From positions 60,884,001 through 60,948,000 of the forward strand of contig OZ024744.1 of the NCBI GenBank assembly GCA_964016885.1: DNA of 64,000 nt, given 5' to 3'. The notes under the pieces are model-generated. The model ran no database searches and was not told the DNA's origin. It worked only from the letters and a program-made list of their open reading frames with translations. The position numbers and the translations under genes are program-made. Positions 52,677 to 64,000 of the stretch are shown piece after piece (within the stretch, counting starts at the first letter, position 1; every line of letters starts with the position of its first letter). The stretch comes from Eledone cirrhosa. Its lineage: Eukaryota.

Positions 52677-52944
52677 TAATTGCCTTATGATGTTTATTAC
52701 ATAACTATATATATATACACATATATGTATATATATATATATATACACGTATATGTATATATATATATATGTAAAAGGTAAACAGATATTAACAACACAG
52801 TCGGTACAGTATATGGAAGTTATATATTAGGTTAATGCTTGATATAGCAGGAAGAGGGTCTTAACATTTTGGACGCTTGTCCTTCATCAGAAGAAAGAAT
52901 GAGAAATAAAATAGATTGAGGGGACGGGCAGGATGGAATTGGAA

Positions 52945-53790
52945 ACACTCTGCAAATGTGGTTGTGGCTCCCAAAAAACGGTTCTGCTGTGTGAAGGATT
53001 CAGCACGGCCAACTGGCCTGTCCCTTCTCATACCAGTGCCATGCAGCATCTGAACAGTGGGTCCACTGTGTGTAAGGTTCGATGCGGCCAACAAGCCTCT
53101 CGCTCCTCATAGCAGTGTCATCCTGTTCTGAACTGTGAGACGGGTTCATCAAAGCCAAATGGCCTGTCCTTCCTCAGTGCGGTGCCTCACTATAAATATG
53201 GTTGTGGCTCCTAAACTGTGGTTCTGCTGTGAGAACAGTTCAGCACGGCCAACTGGCCTGTCCTCCCCCCCCCCCCGCAGTGGTGCCACCCAGTTCCACA
53301 CTGCAAACGTGGTTGAAGTACCCAAAATATGGTTCCGATGTGAGAAGGGTTCAGCACAGTTAATTGTCCTGTCCCTCCGCATAGTGGTGTCATCCAGTAC
53401 CGGACCCTAAAACTATAGTTCTACTGTGAGACGATTTCAATGTGGCCAACTGGCCTGTCCTTCCTCATTTAGTGGCGCCAGCCAGTTCCAGACTCCTGAA
53501 CTGTGGTTCTGCTGTGAGAGTGGTTCAGCGTGACCAACTGGACTGTTCCTCCTCGTGACGGTGCCATTCAGTACTGGGCTCCAAAACGATTGGCTCCACT
53601 GTGAGATAGGTTCGGCACGTCCATCTGGCCTGTCCCTCCTCATAATGGTGCATCCAGCTGTAAAATCTTCAGCCAAATTTACAGTCCCATCAGATTCTGA
53701 CCAAACTTCTCTCCCAACATGGACGACTCTTCTAACCCATGTAAGCATGGAAAAATGGACACTGAAGGATGATGATGATGATGATGATAT
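52945..53790 (+). mobile_element. RTE-like 3'UTR region with degenerate tandem units
   Basis: Recurring ggttc.gctgtgag..ggttcagcacggccaactggcctgtcc; ends ctaacccatgtaagcatggaaaaatggac..(gat)n. Confidence 0.6.
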
Positions 53791-53794
53791 ATGT

Positions 53795-54860
53795 ATGCAA
53801 AAGGCTAACAGAAATAAGAAAGCTAACAACACAGTACAATGACAAAATATATTATCAGTTTTACACTTGATATAGTAGTAAAAGACTCTTAACGTTTCGG
53901 TCTATACAGAGTTGTGAAGGTAAATGTAGAGGTGTGTGTTTGTTGTTGGTCTGTATAAGCTGAAAGACTGTATTTCAGACGATAACAGGGACATAGGAAC
54001 TTCGGGGTAGGGGTGAATGTATATGTGCATGGGTAACAGTGGCTATGGTTAGAGAAGTAAGCATGAGCATATGTGTGTAAGATTAAAGAAATTGAGGAGG
54101 AGAGTTGAGTCCATTGGGGAAACTGAACACAAGGCAGAAAATCAGACTCTGCTCAGTCCTGGTATGCAAGGCCTGTGATCTGTGATGTAAAATGACACCA
54201 AGGACTGAGACATGTAAGGAAGAGTGGCCTGGGGAACGGAAATGATGAGTGATGGGGGTATCCATGCTGAGTTGTATGTCAAGAGCCGGGTGGAGTCCTA
54301 GGAGAAGAAAAGAAGGAACTACGTACCAGGAGGTTATGAGTGCACTAAAAGGTGGTGATAAGTGGGATTGGAAAGAAGTGAGAAGTGACAGGGTCCAAAG
54401 GGAGGGTGCAGAAACAAAAGAAGATATGTTACCAGAGAGATAGAGTGACGGGGTGGTAGTTGAGGGGAAAAGGAAGGCAGGTGATGGGTGGGCAATGGTG
54501 AGATATGAGGGCTGTGATACAGTCGGTTTCACAGGTGTGGGTGAGGGAAGCTCAGATCATGGTGGGGGGATATCCATGCTGGATGAAGCGGGAGGCTATG
54601 TGAAGGGACTGGGTCTTGAAATCATGGCTACAGAGCCAACAAAGACAGAGGAATTGGGAGTAGGGTATGGAGAGTTTGGTGTGAGTGGGATGGGAGAAAG
54701 TGAAGTCGAGATAGGAGTGGGAATCAGTGGGCTTATGGACGATGAGGGTAGAAAGTGGGTGGTGAGTGTAGGCAATAGACAGAGGGATATGAAGAAATTG
54801 GACTAAAAAGTTGGAGACAGAGACGGTGAAGGTGAGGGCAGGACGAAAAGACTGGTCATT
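53795..54860 (-). pseudogene. Third, older Penelope-like relic
   Basis: HKPTDSHSYLDFTFSHPTHTKLSIPYSQFL..HGYP (RT thumb) and PITHHFRSPGHS..EQSLIFCL..PNGLN (GIY-YIG end). Confidence 0.82.
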
Positions 54861-56179
54861 GTAATAATGTGTATGTATGTCACCTTTCATATCTATATAT
54901 CTCCCTATGTGGCATTTACTCCTTGGCCTATCCCACCTGAACCTACATGTTGGACCAGAACACTGCCTCCATTGGCGAAATGTGTCTCCTCTCCACCATA
55001 GCCAGGATGATATCTCTCCACGATCCCATTTCCATTCGGCCTGTATACTGCTCCGAAAAAGCAGGTCACATCCACTCAAGAAGCATCTTCAGCAGCTTCA
55101 AGTGAAACACTATGCTGTTATCCATCAACAGTTCATCCACAGCACCCAGCTCCAAGAATATCTCTTTCAGAGTCCGTACGATTTCCTCCATGGAAATATT
55201 CATAGAATAGGCATTAAGAAGCATTGTATTGATGATGAAAGAGTGGTTGTCAAAATGACAAGTTACTCATGAATTGAAATAGAACTAGCCTTGTCAAAGT
55301 TACCTCTTAATAAAATAAAGTTATCACTATCATTTAATGTATGATCTTCCATATTGGCATGGATTGTACTGGTCGTCACAGACTGAATCAGTACTTAATT
55401 AGAGCTACTGTTCTCCCAGATTGGCTGAGGGCCACATTTCCCTTACATACATTTCAGTTTGGGATCGTTTCTACAGTGGGATGCCCTTCCTATCACCAAT
55501 CTTTCTACAGAGTTTATTGGGTGTATTTTATTGTGGCACCAGCACTAAAGAGGTTATCGTTTTCTTGGAACTGAAAAGTCCACTCAACCTTTTGTTTGGC
55601 ATAGTTTCTATAGCTAGATGCTCTTTTACACTTTGTACACTAGATACATTTTATCATAGCACCAGTGCTAAGGAGACTGTCATATCATAGACACAACTGA
55701 TGAGTCCTTTCAACTAATTATTGGCATGGTTTCTATGGTTGGATGCCTTTTATAACATCAACCACATTACAGCATGCACTGGGAGAATTTTATCATGGCA
55801 TCAGCACTAGGGAGGTTGATAGGTTGTTAACTTGACGAAGGCGCTCACCTGCTATATGTTGTTAATGGCTGGATGTCAACATGTCAACCATCACATAGAA
55901 AAAAAAACATGCATTTTAGAGTGGCATTAACTATGGTGGTGGTGGTGGTGGGGTGGGGTGTAGATTCGTTCTAATGCAGATGTGTTGTGACTTATGGGGA
56001 GAGTGATGGCATGAAATGGTGTTGTGTAGAGGGTTAATGTATGAGAAAATGGAGGGGCAGAAAGTTGATGAGGTTGTAGTAAGGAGGAATGATGGTGTGT
56101 ATAGGGATGGGGGTAGATAGGTAATGGTGGGGGTAAATATTGTAGTGCAGTAGAAATAAAGGGATGGTGGAGGTAATAG

Positions 56180-56480
56180 GGGTTCATTGAGTCTCTCAGT
56201 AACTCCAGTGGGGTGTGGGGGCATCTCTAGCACCACAAACTGCCAATCATCACATTTGTTTCTCATTTCTATTGTGAGGTTTAACACCCTGAGATCAGAC
56301 TTCACCACTTCATCCTATGTCTTCCTTCACCTACTTCTTCCACAACTCCTATCCACTTTGATTGCCCTGTATTTCTTTATAGAGCTGTCATGTTCCATAT
56401 GCATCAGGTACCTGTATCAGCACAATCTCTCATACACACTACATCTGATTTCTTTTATATCCAGTTTTTCTCTCAGCTAT
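56180..56480 (-). mobile_element. Old RTE C-terminal fragment
   Basis: KT*DEVVKSDLRVLNLTIEMRNKCDDWQFVVLE. Confidence 0.6.
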
Positions 56481-56957
56481 CTCATCATCTTTCCTGTAGA
56501 CAGAAGTGAACAATAAACTATTGTTCACCTCCCCCGCACCACCTGTCACCAGCTCTCATTAACTTTATGAAACCTCCTTGGTAATTGAGGGAATCTACTT
56601 CATGTGTGTGTTTAGTGTTTATTTCTCCTGTGTATCTGCTACATATAAAGTTTACCTTCTCAGTTAACCTGCCTGTAATTCCAATACATCTTTTGTGCAG
56701 CCATGGAATTTATATCATCGTCCCCATCATCATCATTTAACATCCATTTTTCCTGCTAGCAAAGGTTGGATGGGTCATCACAGACCAAATTCTCAAGGTG
56801 TTCTGCAATTTTTATCAGGTAGAGATATATAGATGCTCCCATTTTGCTTCATATGCAGGGTGTCCCCAAAAATGTATACATACTTTCATTACCTGTACAG
56901 GCAATAATCATTAGAATCCGGTTGATATATACATTTTTTAGGGACATCCTGAATGTA

Positions 56958-57003
<46 letters not shown>

Positions 57004-57007
<4 letters not shown>

Positions 57008-58358
57008 TCATCATCAGCATCATCACCGTTTTACGTCCGTTCTTCCATGCTAGCATGGGTTAGACGGGTTGTCCTGTTGTGGGCAGTGCCCGTCAGCTGA
57101 CATTGTCTTGCTCATACAGGAACTGATTCTGGCTTGATTTCTACAGCTGGATGCCCTTCCTAACACCAACCTCATTTACAGTGAGTGCTGGGTGCTTATT
57201 TTTCCGTGGCGCCTACACGTCCACTTTACAGTGTGGACTGGGTGCTTTTTTGCCGTGGCACCTCCACGACCACTTTGCAGTGGGAGGGTGTGGGGGCATA
57301 TTGTCTATATGCTTCAGCTTCAGCTTGTACCCGTGAGGGGTCGGGTATTCTGTATTACTGCGTGACGCCAGTGGTCACGGCCGTGTGTCATCACCTTTGA
57401 GAGGTGGAATTGGTTGGCTTTTATCACCTCATTTCAGGTCTTCGTGGGTCTCCCCACTCCACGGTTTCCATCGACTTCTAGTGCTCTGCACTTTTTTTAT
57501 GAAGCTGTCATCCTTCATACGCATCACATGTCCATACCAACGCAACCTCCTCTCCTTCACACATCATTTGATTCCTCTTATGCTCAGTCTCTCTCTCAAT
57601 TCGTTTATGCTTTGCCGTTCGTATATTACTATTACACATCCACCGGAGCATGCAGGCTTTGTTTCTTTCTAATCTACGCAAGTAGTCTTCTACACATAGC
57701 GCCCATGTCTCACTACCATGTAACATTGTTGTTCGTATACACGCATCATACTGTCTGCCTTTCATTTTGAGGGAAAAGCCTTTTGCAGCTAGCAGTGGCA
57801 GTAGCTCCCTGAACTTCTTCCATCCTGTTCTTACCCTGGTTACTGTACCGTCAGAACACCCACCTTTGCTGTTAATTTTGACACCTAGGTAGCAAAAGCT
57901 GTCTACTGTTTCTACAGAGTCCTCCCAGAGTTTGGTAGTGCTTGTTTCCTGTGGCTGTTTGCTGCTTGCTGTCCCAGCACAGCTGCTACATGTGAAGCCT
58001 ACATTCTTAGTTAAGCTTCCTGGGATCCTGCTACATCTCTTGTGTACCCATTGTTTGCATTTGGGGCAGAGGATGGAGTTCCTACCTACACCTTACCTAC
58101 ATACTGAGCAAGGCCATTTCCCTGAAGGGATCTGGGTTCTGTTTTCTGGTCTACTTTCAAGGACCTTAGTTTTTGTCAGGTTGACTTTGAGACTCTTTCT
58201 TTCTAGTCCCTGCTTCCATGTTTGGAATTTCTTCTCTAGTTCTACCATAGATTCAGCTATAAGTGCGAGGTCATCTGCATACAGGAGTTCCCAGGGGCAT
58301 CCGGTCTTAAACTCCTCTGTTATTGCCTGCAAAACTATGATGAACAGGAGAGGGCTAA
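57004..58358 (-). mobile_element. 5'-truncated RTE LINE with stops and frameshifts, including the PHD-like finger
   Basis: LSPLLFIIVLQAITEEFKTGCPWELLYADD..WPCSVCR*GVGRNSILCPKCKQWVHKRC; (ATC)n at the left end. Confidence 0.93.
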
Positions 58359-58367
58359 GATATATAT

Positions 58368-59152
58368 ATATTTGAAAAAAGGGAAATAATGACTTCACTT
58401 GTAGTTCTAAACAATTTGGTGGTGGATTGGCAGTATCAGTAGAGGGTCAGACACTATGATTTGATGCATAGAGTTACGGCCCTTGCCATTATGAGTTCAA
58501 ATCCCTCCGAGGTTTACTTTGCCTTTCATTCTTACGGGGTCGATAAAATAAAGTACCAGTAATGTACTGGGTAATTGCTGGCCTTGTGCCAAAAGTAGAA
58601 ACAATTATAATATTATGAGTTGGTAGATCTAGTAAGTTCTTTGTTAACTTCGGTGGGAAGATTTTTAAGGATTCCTAGTTAACTTTCCTGGAGAACTTTC
58701 TCGCATTCGTTGGTGGCGATTGTCAAACTGAGATTGGGTTGCATTGTGATGTGTGACTCTATATATAAAAGAGATTTGGGTGTGTCTGGGGGGTGGGGTG
58801 GGGTGTTATTGAGTGAAAGTGTGTTGATGAAGATTTAAAGGAATTAACGCATACACATATACACACATACATATATATTTACACATATACACATATATAC
58901 ATATATACAGAGAAAATGGTGAATGGTGACAGCAAGATAATTGATTGGGAGTGCTGTTGGGTTTTTTTTTTTTTTAAAGAGTGTTTAAGAAAAGGGCTGT
59001 AAAAGTGCCCTCCTGCTGGTTCCATTTCAATAAATGACCTTTCATGAATATAATGGCAGGATCTACCAACTCATAAAATTATAATATTATAAAATTAAAT
59101 CAAATTGTTTAGAACTACAAGTGAAGTCATTTTTTTCCTTTTTTCAAATATG
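58368..59152. mobile_element. Inverted-repeat element interrupted by a SINE; related to 13170-13445
   Basis: atgacttcacttgtagttctaaacaatttg versus caaattgtttagaactacaagtgaagtcat; atgagttggtagatc versus gatctaccaactcat. Confidence 0.7.
58418..58610 (+). mobile_element. Second SINE family copy
   Basis: gagttcaaatccc..gcctttcattcttacggggtcgataaaataaagtaccagt. Confidence 0.83.
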
Positions 59153-59209
59153 CCTAACTGTACAAAGGATTTCACACATTTTCCAATATATATATATATA
59201 ATAATAATA

Positions 59210-59383
59210 ATAATAATTGTTTCTACTTTAGGCACAAGGGCAGCAATTACCCAGTGCATTACTGGTACTTTATTTTATTGACCCCGTAAGGATGAAAGGC
59301 AAAGTCAACCTCGGCGGGATTTGAACTCAGACCGTAAAGGGACGTAACTATGCTGGAAAGCATGGCGTCCGACCCTCTACTGA
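59210..59383 (-). mobile_element. Second SINE family copy
   Basis: Near identical to 33410-33580. Confidence 0.83.
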
Positions 59384-59777
59384 TAATAATAATAATAATG
59401 AAATTATTGTGTACAGTGCTCAGGTGCACTACAACTCATCAAAGGTGCATGTATAGTACATAGAATAATGTACAAATGTCAGGAAATGAGTCATGATATA
59501 CATGCGTGCATGTGTATGGAGGGGGGATATCAGGTGTAGTGTTGGCGAATTTCAGGAAGCATGAAGGTTTTAAAGGATGCAGTGTCTCGACAGCTAACAA
59601 CTGATGCAGGTAGTTTGCTCCATGCTTCAGCAACTCTGAGTGTGAAAAAATGTTTCCGAAAGTCATATATATATCCAGGGAGTGTAACATGAAGTTACTG
59701 TAGGTTCACCCAGGTGAGCACTCGATGTTTAGGTTCACGTCAGTATAGAGGTGTAGAGCTAGAAAGAGTGTAAGATA

Positions 59778-60066
59778 ATAATACAAGGACGAATGGTTAC
59801 GCCTTGATTACGTTTATTGGTTGGTGACGCGCGTTTCGCTACTGATCAGCTCAAGATTCGATATGTATCGATCTGGCCCGACTCTGGAATCAAAAGCTCG
59901 TCGGACCTCTGTAGATTTTGTCATTACTACTACAGAGGCCCGATGAGCTTTTTATTCCAGAGTCGGGCCAGATCGGATCAGATCGAACATTGAGCTGATC
60001 AATAGCGAAACGCACGTCACCAAACAATAAACGTAATCAAGGCGTAACCATTCGTCTTTGTATTAT
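59778..60066. repeat. Fold-back palindrome (~138-bp arms), each arm with a variant hammerhead
   Basis: ataatacaaggacgaatggttacgcc...ggcgtaaccattcgtctttgtattat. Confidence 0.9.
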
Positions 60067-62781
60067 ATATATATTTATACCCTCACAAATAATGAATCAA
60101 AACATATTAGATATGTTTAGAATTTTGTGTTTCTAGAGAATATGTATTTGGTATATATACAATATACCACGTTTCTTGTACGACATACGTCACATACCTA
60201 GCTTAAGAAAAAACAAAGGGCGATAACCGAGTAATCGATAAACACCAATCAGTGAGAAACGATCGTCGGTTATTTGCTGAAACTAGGTATGTAACGTTAG
60301 TTACCACCTTAAATTCATAGCGAAAGGCCTTCAAAATGTTTTAAAATAAATATACAATACGTACATTCATATATATATATATGTATATATAGATATTCAC
60401 AATTATAAATAGATGAGTCAAGTAGGGTGTGATTTAAGGCTGATTTGACTATTATCAACTTTACCTACAATAATATACAGTGACAGAGTAGGGAGATGTG
60501 AGTTGACACCATGCAAGCTTAATGCACTCCTGACACTGAGGTCTTTCTTATTGGCTACCCCCCCCCCCCCCCCCACACACAACACAACGCACACACATAT
60601 ACACAACAAATTAAACGGTATGATTTGATGGAAATTTGGTTGCTATTTTTACCAATCTATTTATTACTTTGTGGTTCCCTCATCATTGTTTGAATTCAGA
60701 CAAAACCTTTTTACCACAAATAACAAGTAAATGACAAGCAACTATTCAGTCGAATGAAATTGTGGTAAGGGAGATAATTATGGGAAGCTAATATTTTCAG
60801 AATTTTCAGTTGGAATACAAAAATTTACAAAATTGAAATAAAAAAAAACATATTGCTGTTTTATGCATCAAAATAAATGTTACTCAAACATTTACTGTGA
60901 GGTGGTAAATAATAAAAATATCTATGCATTTGTGGGTATAAATTTTGTAGTTTCTGAATAAAATAAAAAAATAGAAAAAAAAGGAGCTGATCATCTGATT
61001 AGACAAAAGAATTAATGTTTCCATTTGTCTTTCCATTGCTGACACTATCTGCCAATTTCAGCTCCAGGCAGAAGGAGGTAGAATCATTTCTGCCAATTCA
61101 CCGCTCCTGTATGGGTACATTACCAAAGGCAAAGTTGACCATGGGGGGATTTCAAACTTAGAGTGCAGTGAATCAGAACAAATACTGTAGTATTTAATCA
61201 GATTCCCTAATGGCTCAGCCAATTCTTCACCTGAATAAAATGTGAAGACAAAAACATAACCTATTGCTATCATAGAAATAATCATCAGTTTTACCATGCA
61301 GGCATGAGTTAGACAAGACATTTTGATGTAGAATTCTATAGTCAAATGCCTTGCCTGAGGCTACACCTTTGTTAATTAAGGTTCAGGACTTTGAATTTCT
61401 AACCACTGAGCATTGAGGCTTCTGTTTACATTCAATTTAAACAGATATTACTACCGTTAATATCAAATACAAAGAGAAGAAGCAAACACAAACACAATTC
61501 TTAATCACAGAGCCATGACTGTGCCTAACTCTCAGACATACACACATACACATATACACATTTGGTGTGTCTAACTTATCAATGTTACTCAGGCTTAGCA
61601 TAATCTAGTAAATATACAATTTAGAGTACAATATTTAATAGATTAATTTAAGAATGTGACTACAATTTTATCAAACTACAAATGAAGAAATCTGTGTGAA
61701 TGTGCTGCAATTACTCAATAACTGGCTATTGTATATGATTTTATTGATAGAATTAAAATGATAAAATTAATCAGCCTTTCAATGACTTCCTTAATTAATT
61801 CATCTATTTTTAACCTACTGTCTTACATTCAATTGAAACAGTAACTAATTACTACAAATGATATTCAACTGTTGATTTAGATATTTTGAATTTGTTGGTT
61901 ATTTTACACAACTTTTATGGCAACAGAAACATGTCATTTCAACAATTAGGAACTGTGTACAAAAACAAACAAGCCAACAAAACCAATTTCACTGACATAA
62001 ATATACTCTACACCTTTGTAAATATATTTCTGTAAAATGTGATAAAAAAAGTTAGTAGCAGTGGATTTGGCAGAATTATTAGAGCGTTGAACAGAGATTC
62101 TTTGCAGCATTTTCTTACAGCTCTTTAACATTTTAACTTTTAGCATGCTAGTAATTTTTATGAGTTGTTTCCCTTGATACTGCATTATCTATTAAGGAGA
62201 GATTACTCATATGGTGCCATGTGTTGCCCACAGCATGCTGAAGATTAATTTCAAATCCCACCCAAGTAAACTTTACCTTTCATACTTTCGGGTTTGATAA
62301 AAAATATGTCTGTCAAATACTATATTCCATGTAATTGACTTTCCACAAACTGTTGGTCTTGTGCCTAGATTAGAAACCATTATTAAGAAAGTTGTGAGGA
62401 AACAAAATCAGAGGATTGCACTAAACTGTAGTTATGTCACCTAGAATTTACTTACATCTGTTTAGAATTTATTTACTTCATTTAAACATAAATAACAAGT
62501 GGCTTCATTTTATAACAAATTCCTTTACTATCTTGCATAATTCTTTTTGTTGTCCTCAATCAGTCAGTATTTGTTCTTCAATCGAAATACAAGCCAGCGA
62601 GGACAACTATTCATGGGCCGTTATCCACTAAAAGAATGATTGCTTTCTGTCATAGGTTGAAAAGTATCTTTCATTTGATAAATGGTGACAACTTTCTGTC
62701 CAACCCATACTAATGTGGAAGATGGACATTAAATGAAGATGATATATATATATCATCACCACACACACACATATATATATA

Positions 62782-63830
62782 TGGGGTTTGTCCCAAAACT
62801 AAGGGTAATGATTTTTCCCATTTTGACATATTTTGATGTTTATAGGTGTATTAGTTATGACCTTGGCTGCACGTACATACTTGTTTCAACATGATCGATT
62901 GTGTCAGTCATGAGTTATTGCTGTTTATGTACAGACGTGTTTATAACTTCTGTTATGTTTGTGATGTAGGAAAATATCAAACAATGATACACAATCAAAT
63001 TTTGTGTGCAGCTCGACGAATCTACCATTGAAATATTTAATTCTTGAACACAAACTTATGGAGATGTCACTATCAAGAAATAAGGTTTTTAAGTGACACA
63101 AAGCTTTCAAAGAGGGTAGAGAAAATGTTGAAGATAAACGTCATTCTGGAAGGCCAAACATGTCAATAAATGAACAAAATAAGTAAGTGGTGTGAGCAGT
63201 GATAATAAAAGATCAGCAATTAAGTGTTAGGATGATTGCAGAAGAAATGAGCTTGGGTAAAAATGCAGTTCACAGAATTTTACCAGACCATTTACACACG
63301 CAAAAAATTTGTGTAAAACTAGTATCCAAACACATGTCTATGGAGAAGAAAGTGAGCTGGTTGAAAATTTGTCAGGATTTGCTTGAAATATTCAGAATCA
63401 AGCCAAATTTCTTGTATAAAGTAATAGCAAGAGATGAATCATGGTTATGAACCAGAGATAAATCAGTAAAATAAAGAATGGCATACAAAAAATTCTCCTG
63501 ATCCAAAGAAAGTAAGCATGAGCAGATCCAGGGTGAAAATGGTGATTATCATTTTTTTTAACATTAGTGGTATTATTCACAAAAGATTTTACCTCCAGGA
63601 CAGACAGTAAGCAGACCTTCTTCAAAGATGCCTTGGAACAACTTCAAAAATGAGTTCAGTGACCCTGAAAGACATTGTGGGAGATTGGATACTACAATCA
63701 ATGGAAAAAACATTGAAACATCTGTGACTTCCCAAGGGTCATATCTTGAAGGTGATGACTTATAATTTCATGTATGTCTAATATAAATTTAAATAAAACA
63801 TTAGTACCCTTACTTTTGGGGCAATTTTCA
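62782..63830 (+). mobile_element. Mariner element relic with TIRs
   Basis: TIRs tggggtttgtcccaaaactaagggta / tacccttacttttggggcaattttca with TA flanks; YTIKFCV, SVRMIAEEMSL..VHRIL..KICVKLV, FLYKVIARDESWL. Confidence 0.88.
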
Positions 63831-64000
63831 TATAAACTTTGAACTACAGGTATAATTTATTTAATAGGCTTCCAAACAATTTCTATCTACCCAATTCACT
63901 CACAAAGACTTGGGTCAACCTGAGGTGAAGGTAAATGACATGCACCCAAGATGTGATAGACCTTATGATTGCAAAGCAAATTTAAAAACATTTAGCCATA

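Noticed and set aside
61946-62640. Possible host exons (AG/GT motifs on the minus strand)
   Set aside because: The candidate at about 62455-62629 has stops in all frames; the other has no recognisable protein similarity

Overview
Gene-poor, repeat-saturated eukaryotic DNA. The AT richness, very long (TA/CA) microsatellites, RTE LINEs with (GAT)n tails and tRNA-derived SINEs suggest an octopus/cephalopod genome (inference). No host protein-coding gene is supportable, and most long ORFs are microsatellite artefacts. Content: about ten RTE-clade LINE fragments (one nearly intact 5'-truncated RT ORF with a C4HC3 PHD-like finger inside the RT), a CR1-type RT fragment, a Gypsy-like pol relic, three Penelope-like (RT/GIY-YIG) relics, four Helitron-type elements, two mariner relics, SINEs, a 37-bp minisatellite present in inverted duplicate, and a 9-kb 41-bp satellite with block duplications. 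The most striking unexplained structure is a dense population of fold-back (inverted-repeat) elements sitting in (TA)n tracts. Several unrelated sequence families carry a type-I hammerhead ribozyme motif (stem I-CUGAUGA-stem II-GAAA-palindromic stem III-NUH-stem I'), often one on each strand, and one family links directly to the terminus of a Penelope GIY-YIG element in the same window. All coordinates were read by eye and may be off by a few bases.
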